64,000 nucleotides of DNA, from positions 3,872,001 to 3,936,000 of the forward strand of contig CAWDXG010000004.1 in NCBI GenBank assembly GCA_963806225.1. Reading direction: 5' to 3'. Source of the stretch: an uncultured delta proteobacterium. Its GTDB lineage: Bacteria; Myxococcota_A; Polyangia; Polyangiales; Polyangiaceae. This document shows positions 11,456 to 21,331 of the stretch, one piece after another; within the stretch, counting starts at the first letter, position 1, and each line of letters starts with the position of its first letter. The notes under the pieces are model-generated. The model made no database searches. It saw nothing but the letters and a program-made list of their open reading frames with translations, and was not told where the DNA came from. A program made the translations under genes and the position numbers.

Positions 11456-12629
11456 CTACGCGGGAGCGGGCATGCGACGGCCCGGACGGTACACGGGCAC
11501 CGGGCCCGGGTCCTCGGCAAGCCGCCGTTCCACATAGTCCTCGGGCGGCATCTGCTCGAGGTGGAATGAAATCTGGCGCGTGCGCCGGTGTTCTTCGAGG
11601 CCCAGGTAGCCCTCGTCCGCCAGGGCGCAGAGCATTCCGAAGACGTGGCTGGGCGTCGAGATGGGGTGCGAGCCGGCGTTCGGGATGTAGGGGTTCAGAT
11701 CCTTCGCGTAGAAGGGCTGATCGCGCCGCGTCTGAGTCGCTCAGAAACTCGTCGCACAGGGCTCGGTAGATGCCCTTGAAGTAGCTCTCCGCGAACTCCA
11801 CCCACGCCCTCGGCTCGGTCACGGCGAACTTCCCGTGCGGCGGCAGCACCGCGCGGACGCGATGCGTGCTGAAGAAACGCCTGAGCAACCGGATCGTCTG
11901 CGTGTAGCGCTCCCAGGCCATCGAGTAGCTCTGACCCGCCACGGTGAAGATGGGGATGACGAAGCTCTGCGTCTCGGGTCGATCGACAAGCCCGGTGCAG
12001 ATGATCGTGTCCCCGGGCACAGCGATCTCGAGCTCCGGGTCATAGTAGAGCACGCAGTCCCAGGAGTGACCCGGCGTGGGCACGGCCAGCATCGGTTCGG
12101 GCAGCTGCCCCTTGTCGACGAAGCGCAACGCGCTCTTCGGCGTCTTGGCGAAGTAGCCGGCGAACCGCTTGCGGATGGCGTTGTCGACCATCTCCTCGTC
12201 GCTGAGCTGGTTGTACTCGAGCAGCCCCCAGTGCGAGCGCGTCAGGAACAGCTCGTAGGTCTCGTTGAGAAACGCGGCTTCCGGATGGGTGAGAAAGCGA
12301 TACCCCGCCGAGTGCAGATAGATGGGCGCGCGCTCTCCATCGGGACGCCCGAAGCCCGCGACGATGCCGGAGCTTCCCGCATGGTCACCGTGACAGTGCG
12401 TGACCAGAAGCGCATCGAGCCGGCTGACGGAGTGCGAGCCCAATGCACCGCGGATCTCGTCGACGATGTCGGGACGCGCCGCGCTCGACTCGAACAGATA
12501 CGTGGTCCCTCGGTGGCGCCGCAGCACGAGATTGATGTTCTTGGGGCTCGGATAGCCGCTCTGCACCGGAAGCACGCTGATGTGCTCGGAGAGGCCCAGC
12601 GATTCGAGCGCCTGCGGAAACGGGATCAT
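11456..12629 (-). CDS. Metallo-beta-lactamase-fold hydrolase (frameshift near 11725)
   Basis: THCHGDH (HxHxDH), TPGHS, PGDT, LPPHG; the corrected frame continues QPFYAKDLNP...MPAPA to TAG at 11456-11458. Confidence 0.85.
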
Positions 12630-14656
12630 GACGATGGCTCCAGGCTCCAGAACGCGAGCACCTCCTCCAGGCTCTCGCTCCGGCGCGCCGGCGGCAGCGC
12701 ACCGAGGAGCTTCTTGCCGTATCCGCGGCGGTGGACGCGCTCGTCGAGCAGGGCAACGATGCCGCGATCCGATCGCGTGCGGATCAAGCGGCCGAACCCC
12801 TGTTTGAGGGAGATCGCCGCGGCCGGTACGCTGAGGTCCACGAAGGCATTGCCGCCCGCCGACTCGATGGCCTGCCCGCGAGCCCGCACAATCGGGTCGC
12901 TGGGCACGGCGAAGGGGATCTTCTCCAGAACCACGAGACGGAGTGCGCGGCCGGGAACATCGACGCCTTCCCAGAAGCTCGAGGTCGCCACCAGCACCGC
13001 GTCGCCCGCCGCCCGGAATGCACCGACCAGCGCGCTCTTGGGCGCCGCACCCTGCACCAGCACCTTGCGCCCCGGCATCCGCTCGACCAGAAGGCGGTGG
13101 AGCGCCCGCATCGAGCGCAACGACGTCGTGAGCACGAAGGCACCACCGCCCGTGATGTCGACCAGCTCGGCGATGCGCTCTGCCGCCGCATCGGTGAAGC
13201 CCGCGTCGTTCGGCGGCGGCAGATCGCGGGGCGCGTAGAGCAAGGCGTTGTTCTCGAAATCGAACGGCGAATCGACGATGAGCTCGGTCACGTCGACGTC
13301 GTCTCCAGACAGACCGAGACGGGAGCGCAGGTAGCCGAACGGCCCCTCTGGAAGAGACGAGCTGGAGCTCGTGGACACGCTAGCCAGCGTCGCGCTGGTC
13401 AACACGACCGCCGGAATGGTTTCGAACACGCGCTCGAGAAACACACCCGCCAGGTCGATCGGAGACGAGCTGAGCACCGTGCTGCGGCCGTTGCTCTCGA
13501 CCCATGTCACGCGATTCGGCGCGCCCTGTGCGATGGCAGCGAGCTGCTCGCGGAGCTGCTCCGACCGGCGCGTCACAAGCTCGAGCGCATCGCCCACCGG
13601 CTCGGTGCTGGCAGCCGGCGCCGCGGCCGATGCGAGCTTTCCCCGCGCCGTTTCCGCCAGCGCGCCGAACGCCTCGAGTGCGGTATCCAGACGATGCCAG
13701 GCGCCCTCGAGCGGACCTGCCCAGGCATCATGTTCGAGCGTGACGCGGCCCTCGCGCGAGCCGGACACGGACAAGAGCGCCTTGAAGAAACGGTCGGACG
13801 CCTCGTCCAGCTCGTGCGCCAGATTCACCGCGCTCTTCGCGCCGAACAGCGGCCCGTCGCTGCCGGCCATCACGAAGGCGCGTTCCGCGTCGCGCAGCAC
13901 GCGCTGGATGCGCGCGCTGGAAACCCGCACGCCGAAGAAGTCCGTCGCGATGTCCTCGAGCTGGTGGGCCTCGTCGAAGATCACCGCGTCGTAGTCGGGT
14001 ATCACGTGTCCGGGGTGCGGTCCGCGCAACGCGAGGTCCGCGAAGAACAGGTGATGATTGACAACCACCAGACGCGCGGCCTCGGCATCGCGCTTCATCT
14101 GCGTGACGAAGCACTCGTCGTAGAAGCGACAAGTTGCACCGACGCGCGTATCGCTCGAGGAGGTGATCTCGCGCCAGATCGGATCCCCTTCCGCGAGGCC
14201 GGCGAGCTCGCCGATGTCGCCCGTTTCCGTTTCGGGGATCCAGCTTCTGACGACACCGAGCGATCGCGCCCACGACGGGCGCATCGCTTCGGCGCTGGCG
14301 CCGAATTCCGCGTAGCGACGCCGGCACACGTAGTTCGACAGACCCTTCATCAGTGCTGCGCGCGGCTCCAGACCGAGCGCGCGCTCGATCAGCGGTAGGT
14401 CGCGCGTCACGATCTGTTCCTGCAGGGCGCGGGTGGCGGTGGAGACCACGACCTTCTTCCCGCTCAGGATTGCGGGAACCAGATAGGCCAGCGTCTTGCC
14501 GGTGCCCGTGCCAGCCTCGCACAGGAGCACGCGCTCTTCCGCCAGGGCCCTTTCCACCTGGACGGCCATCTCGAGCTGGCCGGCGCGCGCCTCGTAGCCG
14601 GGCAGCGCAGCCGCAAGCGGCCCTTCGGGACCTAGAAGCCGGGGGACCGGGTTCAC
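12626..14656 (-). CDS. dinG: DinG/YoaA family ATP-dependent helicase
   Basis: EAGTGTGKT, VSTATRALQEQ, VVVNHHL, IFDEAH, TSATL, FWEGVDVPG, KQGFGRLIR; GTG start at 14656 inferred. Confidence 0.92.
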   Translation of the reverse strand: MNPVPRLLGPEGPLAAALPGYEARAGQLEMAVQVERALAEERVLLCEAGTGTGKTLAYLVPAILSGKKVVVSTATRALQEQIVTRDLPLIERALGLEPRAALMKGLSNYVCRRRYAEFGASAEAMRPSWARSLGVVRSWIPETETGDIGELAGLAEGDPIWREITSSSDTRVGATCRFYDECFVTQMKRDAEAARLVVVNHHLFFADLALRGPHPGHVIPDYDAVIFDEAHQLEDIATDFFGVRVSSARIQRVLRDAERAFVMAGSDGPLFGAKSAVNLAHELDEASDRFFKALLSVSGSREGRVTLEHDAWAGPLEGAWHRLDTALEAFGALAETARGKLASAAAPAASTEPVGDALELVTRRSEQLREQLAAIAQGAPNRVTWVESNGRSTVLSSSPIDLAGVFLERVFETIPAVVLTSATLASVSTSSSSSLPEGPFGYLRSRLGLSGDDVDVTELIVDSPFDFENNALLYAPRDLPPPNDAGFTDAAAERIAELVDITGGGAFVLTTSLRSMRALHRLLVERMPGRKVLVQGAAPKSALVGAFRAAGDAVLVATSSFWEGVDVPGRALRLVVLEKIPFAVPSDPIVRARGQAIESAGGNAFVDLSVPAAAISLKQGFGRLIRTRSDRGIVALLDERVHRRGYGKKLLGALPPARRSESLEEVLAFWSLEPSS

Positions 14657-14666
14657 ACGTCGCGCT

Positions 14667-15038
14667 TCAGCCGTCGGCGGGAGGCGGCGGGGGCGGGGGC
14701 GGGGGCGGGGGCGGCTCCCCTTCCACATCGAGAAACTGCACGCCCGCAATCTGCCCGTCAGCCTCGTCCTGAACCCAGATAACCCGGGCACGACGTGAGG
14801 CGGATTCGTCGTCACCGATGACGATCTGGTATTCCACCCCCGGTTCGACGGTTTCCTCGACGATGACCCGGACGCCACCGCGGCTCAGGTTCAGCGTCCA
14901 GCCCGACGTCTCGAAGCCCTCGCGCTTGAGCAGAATCCGCTCGGAAGCCTCGCGCCGGGCGCCTCCCTCCTGACGGCGGGTGCCGTGGATATCGGGAGCC
15001 GCAAGAGGCGGCGACGGCGTGTAGCTTCTTCGGGACAC
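14667..15038 (-). CDS. PilZ-domain protein with a poly-Pro tail
   Basis: TLNLSRGGV (D/NxSxxG), RARVIWV...AGVQF; start approximate. Confidence 0.75.
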   Translation of the reverse strand: MSRRSYTPSPPLAAPDIHGTRRQEGGARREASERILLKREGFETSGWTLNLSRGGVRVIVEETVEPGVEYQIVIGDDESASRRARVIWVQDEADGQIAGVQFLDVEGEPPPPPPPPPPPPADG

Positions 15039-15305
15039 GGTGCGCTGCAAGATAGCAAAACTCCAGAACAACGTCCGCCCGCACGCGCCTGGCCGGGCAG
15101 CCGGAGAGCAAACTGTCGGCGAAGCGACCCGGAGAGTGCGCCTGCCTACGCGCCGGCTTGACGCTGGTGGGCGGGTCTGCGAACCTGATAGGGCGCTCGG
15201 GCCACCAGGGGGAACAGGCTAATCGGTCGAAATTGCTGACTATCGTTCTCGCCGGACGCTACCAATCTCTGACCGCGTCGTCGGTCGTGGCTTCGCTCAA
15301 CTGAC

Positions 15306-15743
15306 ATGCCGACTCCGACGCCCAGCAAGCTGAAGAAGACCCTGATGCAGCAGGGATTCGAGGTATATCGTACACTTGGCGACCGCATCCTGCTGGCGGA
15401 CCGGGTGCGGGACAACCTGATCATGGACAGCGGCGTCTCGGTTGTTTCCGATCCAGAGCTCGCGGTCCAGCTGGTTGTGCGTGCGCAAGCGCATGATTTT
15501 CCAGGGGAATCCGAAGAAGAACTGTTCGATCGCGCGCGTCGCCTCGCGCACAAGAGCATCGATCGCGGCTACGTGGAGGTCGAGACCGCCGTGGTCCCCA
15601 TCCACGACCCCGGCGATAGCACCCGCACGCTCGATATCTGGCATGAAGTCTCGTTCCAGCGCAGCGTGAGCGACCTCGCCGAGCTCTACGAGGAGCTGCG
15701 CTACGCCCTGGCTGTCGAGAAGACCGCCGGCCTCCACGACTAG
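15306..15743 (+). CDS. Hypothetical protein
   Basis: 145-aa ORF with typical codon bias and globular composition; no family recognised. Confidence 0.75.
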   Translation: MPTPTPSKLKKTLMQQGFEVYRTLGDRILLADRVRDNLIMDSGVSVVSDPELAVQLVVRAQAHDFPGESEEELFDRARRLAHKSIDRGYVEVETAVVPIHDPGDSTRTLDIWHEVSFQRSVSDLAELYEELRYALAVEKTAGLHD

Positions 15744-15878
15744 CGCCTTCGGGGGGGACTTGTGTCGACGGCCGTGGACCGGCGCGGGCGAGCATGGTAA
15801 TTGCGCGGGCCCGGCGAGCCGGCATCCGTGCCCCTTGATTTTGACTGATTCCGCCAGCCTGCCGCAGGACCCGCTCGC

Positions 15879-17606
15879 ATGCTGAGCTTCTTCCGAAAAG
15901 GCGGTGCTGCCCAACTGATCGTGGGCGGTGTCGTCTTCGCCATCATCATCGTTTTCGTGCTGGAGTTCCGCGCTGGCCGCGGACCTGCTGCCAGTCTGAA
16001 GCAGGACTGCGCGGTCGAGGTCCTGGACCACTGCGTGAGCGTCAAGGACTTCTACGCTGCCTACGGCCTCATCGTGCCGCCCGGGCTGACGGCAAAGAAG
16101 GTCCGGACGCTGGGACTCCGCAAGTTGATCGCCAACGGCCTGGTCGAACGCGAGCTCCTGCTCGAAGAGGCAGACCGGCTCGGCATCTCGGTCAGCGAGA
16201 AATCGATCAACGACGAGCTCGCCTCCGGCCGCGCTCATGTCTCGCTGTCCGCGGGCGAAGCCGGGCTGTGGAGCTACCGCCTCGGGCTGTGCGTCCCGAA
16301 CATGGCGGCGCAGCGCTGCGAACCCGGCACCGAGATGATCCGGATGCTGCCGGTGAAGAACTCGAAGACCAGCGAGTTCGACTACAAGAAGTACGAGCGC
16401 GTGGTCCGCAACACGACCAACCGCAGCCCGCGCGAGTTCAAGGAGATGCAGAAGAAGGAGCTGATCGCCGACCGCATGCGCGATCTCGTACGCTCCCGCG
16501 TCCGCGTCCCCGAAAGCGTCGCTTTCGCCCAGTACTCGCGCGAACGCTCGCGCGACACCGTGCGCACGGTCGACATCAAGCGCTCGTGGTTCGCGAAGTA
16601 TCTGGTCGACACTTCCGACAAGGCGGTGGACACGTGGGCCGCCGACAACAAGGCTCAGGTCGACGCCGCGTGGAAGGCGGCCAAGTCGAGCTGGAACAAG
16701 GACTGCCCGCAGATCCGCGAGATCGTGATTCCGTTCGGCGCAGACACGACCGACGACGACAAGGTGATCCTGCGCGGCAAGATCGACGCCGCGAAGAAGC
16801 TGCTGGATTCCGGGGAACCTTTCCCGCAGGTGGCCCGCGAGAACAGCGAAGGGCCGACGGCCATGATCGGCGGCGAAGTCGGCTGCTTGACGAAGCGCTA
16901 CGGAGACGATTTCCAGCAGATCTCGGACGCGGTCAAGTCGCTCAAGCCGGGTCAGCTGTCACCGGTGATCGAGACCCCGGACGGGTTCCATCTGGTGGAG
17001 CTCGAGCGTCACGTCGGGGCGGATGACCTCGAGAAGGTCGGACGCCGTGTGATCGCGCGCCGGCTCCAGGCGAAGTTCGCCGCAGAAGAGATGGTGAAGA
17101 AGTTCGCGGCCGACCTCATGGAAAAGGCCAAGGCGGGAGAGAAGCTCGAGCAGGCAACCCAGGAGCTGGTGAAACAGTACGCGAACGGTGCGAAGGCGAA
17201 GGGCGCCGCGAAGGGCAAGGACAAGTCGCCCCCGGCGCTCACCGCCGACGACCGTCCGAAGTTTGCTGTGTCCGCACCGTTCAACATCGGCGGCAATCCG
17301 TTGCCGGATGCACTGCCGGCCGTGAACCCAGCAGCCAAGGCCTTCGAGCTCGACAAGCCGGGCGACCTGGTTTCCGACCCCATCCCCACCAGAACCGGGT
17401 TGGCCGTGATGCAGCTGAAGGAGAAGGACCCGGCCAAGCGCGCGGATTTCGAGAAGGACAAGGACCGCATCCTCTCGGCCATGCGCTCCGCCAAGCAGGC
17501 CGATGCGCTGGCGCGCTACATCAGCCAGCTCCGCGCCAAGGCGAAGGACAAGATCAAGGTCGCTCCGCAGCTACTGGAGGCGCCGAAAGGCCAGGACCAG
17601 GACTGA
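15879..17606 (+). CDS. PpiD/SurA-like membrane-anchored peptidyl-prolyl isomerase
   Basis: N-terminal TM; SurA_N-like ERELLLEEADRLGISVS; parvulin motifs FPQVARENSEG..GGEVG and LKPGQLSPVIETPDGFHLV. Confidence 0.85.
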   Translation: MLSFFRKGGAAQLIVGGVVFAIIIVFVLEFRAGRGPAASLKQDCAVEVLDHCVSVKDFYAAYGLIVPPGLTAKKVRTLGLRKLIANGLVERELLLEEADRLGISVSEKSINDELASGRAHVSLSAGEAGLWSYRLGLCVPNMAAQRCEPGTEMIRMLPVKNSKTSEFDYKKYERVVRNTTNRSPREFKEMQKKELIADRMRDLVRSRVRVPESVAFAQYSRERSRDTVRTVDIKRSWFAKYLVDTSDKAVDTWAADNKAQVDAAWKAAKSSWNKDCPQIREIVIPFGADTTDDDKVILRGKIDAAKKLLDSGEPFPQVARENSEGPTAMIGGEVGCLTKRYGDDFQQISDAVKSLKPGQLSPVIETPDGFHLVELERHVGADDLEKVGRRVIARRLQAKFAAEEMVKKFAADLMEKAKAGEKLEQATQELVKQYANGAKAKGAAKGKDKSPPALTADDRPKFAVSAPFNIGGNPLPDALPAVNPAAKAFELDKPGDLVSDPIPTRTGLAVMQLKEKDPAKRADFEKDKDRILSAMRSAKQADALARYISQLRAKAKDKIKVAPQLLEAPKGQDQD

Positions 17607-17667
17607 GGCGGGGCACACGGCTGGAAGCTGTCGCATCGCCGCCAGCCGGCTCCGGATCGATCTCTCG

Positions 17668-18960
17668 ATGGCGCTTTCGTCCCTGCAGCACCACACCACC
17701 ACGCTCGAAAGCGGACTGACGGTCGTCGTCGTGCCGATGCCGGGCGTGCACCGGGTGGTGCTGGACGCGCATCTGCGCGTCGGCCCGCGCTACGAGAGCC
17801 CCGCGCACAATGGCATCAGCCATTTCCTCGAGCACATGCTCTACCGCGGCACGCCGCGGCATCCCTCCGCGCATGCACAGGCTCTTGCCTTCGAGCGGCT
17901 GGGGGGAACGCTGGTGGCGGCGACCTACATCGACCACATGTCCATGGCGATCTCCGTGCCGCCGGAAAACCTCGACGCCGTGCTTCCGCTGTTCGCGGAC
18001 GTATACCGGGAGCCGATCTTCGACGGCATCGAGATCGAGAAGGGCATCGTGCGCGAGGAAATCCTCGAGGGCCTCGACGACGAAGGCAACGACGTCGACG
18101 CGGACAGCCTGCTGCGGGCTCTCGCCTTCGGAAGCCATCCACTCGGCTATCCGATCACCGGCGACATCGATAGGCTGGAGAGCTTCGACGTGCCGCTCCT
18201 GAAGCAACACCACGCGGCGTACTATCGCGGACGCGGCACGGTGCTGGCCGTCGCGGGACCGGTGGATCCGGATCGGGTGCTCGCCCAGGTGGAGCACTGC
18301 TTCCAGGGCCTAGGCGGCGGCGCGGCGCCTCGCGCCGAGGCTCCGGACGAGCAGCGCGAGCCCCGCTTCTCGTTCGTGCGACACTCTGCATCGAGCCAGA
18401 CCGACCTCCGCGTCTCCTTCCGCGCGCCGGGCGAGACCGATGCCGACGAACCCGCCACGGAGCTTCTGCTGCGCATACTGGACGACGGCATGTCCACGCG
18501 GCTCTATCACCAGATCTGCGATGCTCGCGGGCTCTGCTACGACGTGTCGGCAGGATACGAAGCGTACGCGGACTCGGGGCTGGTCGATCTCGCCGCGGAG
18601 TCCGCGCACGAACGCGCCACGCAGGTGCTCGACGAGCTGTTCAAGGTGGTCGAGGAGCTCAGAGACCAGGGGCCCTCCGGGGAAGAGCTCGCGCGGGCAA
18701 AACAGCGCTACGGCTGGCAGCTCACGGAGATGCTCGACGATCCCGGCGAAGCGGCGGATTTCTACGCGCTGGGCCAGCTCACCGGTGTGGCCCGCACGCC
18801 AGCCGAGCGGCTGGAGCAACTGACGAACGTGTCCCGCGAGCACGTGCGCGCCGCAGCGCAGCGGATCTTCCGCCGGCCGAACCTCTCAGTGGTCGCCGTC
18901 GGGCTCCTGCCACGGCGCGCGCAGGAAGCGCTCGCGCGCCGCACGCACGACTTCGGCTGA
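17668..18960 (+). CDS. M16 family zinc metallopeptidase
   Basis: GISHFLEHM (HxxEH), EKGIVREEI, HPLGYPITG, STRLYHQI...GLCYDV. Confidence 0.92.
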   Translation: MALSSLQHHTTTLESGLTVVVVPMPGVHRVVLDAHLRVGPRYESPAHNGISHFLEHMLYRGTPRHPSAHAQALAFERLGGTLVAATYIDHMSMAISVPPENLDAVLPLFADVYREPIFDGIEIEKGIVREEILEGLDDEGNDVDADSLLRALAFGSHPLGYPITGDIDRLESFDVPLLKQHHAAYYRGRGTVLAVAGPVDPDRVLAQVEHCFQGLGGGAAPRAEAPDEQREPRFSFVRHSASSQTDLRVSFRAPGETDADEPATELLLRILDDGMSTRLYHQICDARGLCYDVSAGYEAYADSGLVDLAAESAHERATQVLDELFKVVEELRDQGPSGEELARAKQRYGWQLTEMLDDPGEAADFYALGQLTGVARTPAERLEQLTNVSREHVRAAAQRIFRRPNLSVVAVGLLPRRAQEALARRTHDFG

Positions 18961-18973
18961 GCCGCGCTCGCGC

Positions 18974-19366
18974 TCAGCCCTTGCGCTTGCGGCGGGCGGC
19001 GGTAGCAGCGCGACGCGGAGTGGCCCGTTCCTCGGTCACCAGCGCCTGCGCGACAGCCAGCACCCGCCGGCGCGTCGCACTGCTAGCGCCCCTCAGAAGT
19101 CCCGCGATGCGATCGTCGCGCGGCCGGGGACGCGACGGAGCGCGCAGCAGATCCGCGACTTCCACGTCGAGAGCGCCGGCCAGGCGCGCGAGCGTTTCGA
19201 GGGACGGGTTCGCGTTTGCCGAGGAGCGACCGCGCAGCACGCGTTCCAGCCGCGCGACGGTCTCGACTGTGACACCAGCGCGCGAGGCAAGCTCGGCCTG
19301 CGTCAGCCGCCCTTCCAGCCTGAGCTGGCGCACCCTTTCGGCGAGTCGGATCGAGATATCGTTCAC
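18974..19366 (-). CDS. XRE-family helix-turn-helix regulator
   Basis: VRQLRLEGRLTQAELASRAGVTVETVARLER...NPSLETLARLAGAL. Confidence 0.85.
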   Translation of the reverse strand: MNDISIRLAERVRQLRLEGRLTQAELASRAGVTVETVARLERVLRGRSSANANPSLETLARLAGALDVEVADLLRAPSRPRPRDDRIAGLLRGASSATRRRVLAVAQALVTEERATPRRAATAARRKRKG

Positions 19367-19725
19367 TGTTCGAGAGCCGCCTGATCTGGCTGGTTCCCCA
19401 ATGGAGCCAACGCCCGGTACGGTACGAAATCTGGAAAAACTGTCATTAGTAGTGTGCGTCTGGACTTAAAAGGTACAAGCAGGCTGCGCAGAAACGTGCG
19501 CTGCAAAACTTTTGGCCCCACCGGGCGTGCTCAAGCCCTGGATGCCTGGGCGCCGGCAGTCCTGCTGACCGGCTGCGACGCATGACATTGCCATTTTTCT
19601 CCACCTTTGGGTCACCCCATCGCCGGAAATCCAGCGCCGGGAAACCCACTCGCCCCTAACCCCGTCTAGAGGAACATAGGACCGCACATGCCGTTCGGGT
19701 AGTGCTGCCCCGGAGGCCGGCAGCG

Positions 19726-20442
19726 CTAGCGCACGCGGTCGTCGATAGACCGGATGCGCACAGCCGGCAGCACGCCGTCGGCAACGACCGCGAGCCGGTC
19801 ACCGATGGCCGCCTCGGCCCCGGCTCCGCGCGCGCGGGTCGTGTACACGAAAGCGAAGCAGCGGCCGATGCTCGAGCCAAACGCCAGCACGAAGCCTTCG
19901 AGCGCGCCGGCGTGCCCGACCGGGCGCACCGCCACGACGGCACGGGTGGTGTAGCCCCGGGGCTCGGGCAGCTTCCGACGATCGAGCGCGGTGTCGGCGC
20001 TCGGCATCGGTATCTCCGGACGCCAGAGCCTCGCCTGACGCTCGCAGTCATCCGGACGGACCAGCCGCGCGGCGCGCCATGTGCGCACGCGGAGCTCGGA
20101 CTCGCTCGGAGGATGACGGAGCAGCAGCCAGTGATTGGTCTGGTCGTCGACCGTCCATGCGCTCCGCTGCGGCAGCTTGACGACGAGCGAGAAGCGCAGC
20201 GACAGGACCTCGCCCCAGCCACGCGCCTGGAGGCCGGCAGCCGATGCGCGACCGCGCGACGGAGGCGGGGCCTCTCGCCGCGTGCCCGCGGACGCGGCAG
20301 CAGCAGACGAGCAGGCGCCGGCCGTCGGACGGCTGGAAGCGGCGCAACCTGCAGCCACAAGCAGAGGCAGCCCTGCCGCAACGGCACAGCGCAGACGCAG
20401 CGGGCGGGAGCGGCGGTAGAGCACGGGGGAGGGGTTTCCCAT
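19726..20442 (-). CDS. Hypothetical lipoprotein
   Basis: Lipobox-like VAAGC, a low-complexity linker, then a beta-rich domain; start uncertain. Confidence 0.6.
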   Translation of the reverse strand: MGNPSPVLYRRSRPLRLRCAVAAGLPLLVAAGCAASSRPTAGACSSAAAASAGTRREAPPPSRGRASAAGLQARGWGEVLSLRFSLVVKLPQRSAWTVDDQTNHWLLLRHPPSESELRVRTWRAARLVRPDDCERQARLWRPEIPMPSADTALDRRKLPEPRGYTTRAVVAVRPVGHAGALEGFVLAFGSSIGRCFAFVYTTRARGAGAEAAIGDRLAVVADGVLPAVRIRSIDDRVR

Positions 20443-20534
20443 ACGCCGCGGGCGAGCGCGAGCTGGATCCAGCCCTCTGCGTAGAATCGTTCGCACGCTG
20501 ACGAGACTCACCCCACGACAAATTTCCCGGACCC

Positions 20535-20550
20535 TGGCAAATCCTGTGCT
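20535..20550 (+). promoter_or_regulatory. Candidate sigma54 (-24/-12) promoter
   Basis: TGGCAAATCCTGTGCT has exact GG-N10-GC spacing, in an AT-richer divergent intergenic region. Confidence 0.5.
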
Positions 20551-20557
20551 ATTGGCT

Positions 20558-20643
20558 AGCCGTCTGGTGGCGCGAGCCTTGCGGAAGACGCCCCCGGCGT
20601 CCCACGGGCTCGGGGGGAGCGGCAAGGGCGCACCAGACCGGTT
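20558..20643 (+). ncRNA. Candidate structured RNA (sRNA or 5' leader), three-way junction
   Basis: GTCTGGTG 20562-69 pairs with CACCAGAC 20631-38; CCTTGC with GCAAGG; inner hairpins GACGCC-ccc-GGCGTC and GCTC-ggggg-GAGC. Confidence 0.4.
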
Positions 20644-20688
20644 GCGGTAGCACGCTGACCGGCAGTGCCCGCATCGGGAGGAAGAACG

Positions 20689-21300
20689 ATGGATGGACAA
20701 CGCCAGAGGTCCGGCAACGGCCGGAAGCGAAGGCGCAGGTCGCGCGGCGAAGCCCGCGTCCAGGCCGAACCAGTAATGATCGCGGCGCGGCGCCCCAACT
20801 CGCCGCGCATCAACAAGACGAACGGGCACGACAAGTCGCTGGTCGCGGCTTCCGCGAGCCCGGCGCAGGCGGATCGCGGCGGCGGCAACGGCGAGCAGCG
20901 GCAGCAGGCTGCCCGGCCAGCAGCTCCAGCCCCGAAACGCAGCGCGCGCATCGTGCAGCTCTCGACGAATGTGGGCGACGAGCGCGAGAAGCAGCGCCTA
21001 CGTCTGCTGGAACGGCTGATGTGTTCCGAGGGGCGCGGGGCCATCTCGCGTGCGGCAACCGAATACCAACAGGCCGGCTTCGCGTTCCCGGAGGAGCAGC
21101 AAGTGCAGCTCCAGCTGCTGGAGCACTTCGACGAAAGTCAGGCTCACGACGCCGTGCAGACACTGGAGCGCCTCCTGTCCGTAGAAGCTCCGATCAAGAA
21201 GCCGATTCTCGAGCAGCGGCTCCGGCGTCTCGAGGAGTACGCCGACGAGCCGGCAACCCGCGAAGCGGCTGCCCAGCTGCGCCGCAGCCTTCGTTCCTGA
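20689..21300 (+). CDS. Hypothetical protein (basic disordered N-terminus, helical C-terminal domain)
   Basis: GGAGG RBS before ATG 20689; helical C-half (LQLLEHFDE...LEQRLRRLEE). Confidence 0.75.
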   Translation: MDGQRQRSGNGRKRRRRSRGEARVQAEPVMIAARRPNSPRINKTNGHDKSLVAASASPAQADRGGGNGEQRQQAARPAAPAPKRSARIVQLSTNVGDEREKQRLRLLERLMCSEGRGAISRAATEYQQAGFAFPEEQQVQLQLLEHFDESQAHDAVQTLERLLSVEAPIKKPILEQRLRRLEEYADEPATREAAAQLRRSLRS

Positions 21301-21331
21301 TCCCCGGATCGAAATTCTTCCCCACCGTGCC

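Noticed and set aside
10690..11535. Antisense ORF with AAFFL repeats (membrane-protein look-alike)
   Set aside because: Reverse complement of the KKKAA repeat; a shadow ORF.
12626..14656. DinG as type IV CRISPR CasDinG or a defence helicase
   Set aside because: No cas genes or array nearby; it looks like the housekeeping YoaA/DinG type.
14683..14713. G-rich run GGCGGGGGCGGGGG (G-quadruplex-like)
   Set aside because: Explained by the poly-Pro tail of the PilZ protein on the minus strand.
19580..19593. Minus-strand TGGCA...TGC sigma54-like site
   Set aside because: GG-to-GC spacing is 9, not the required 10.
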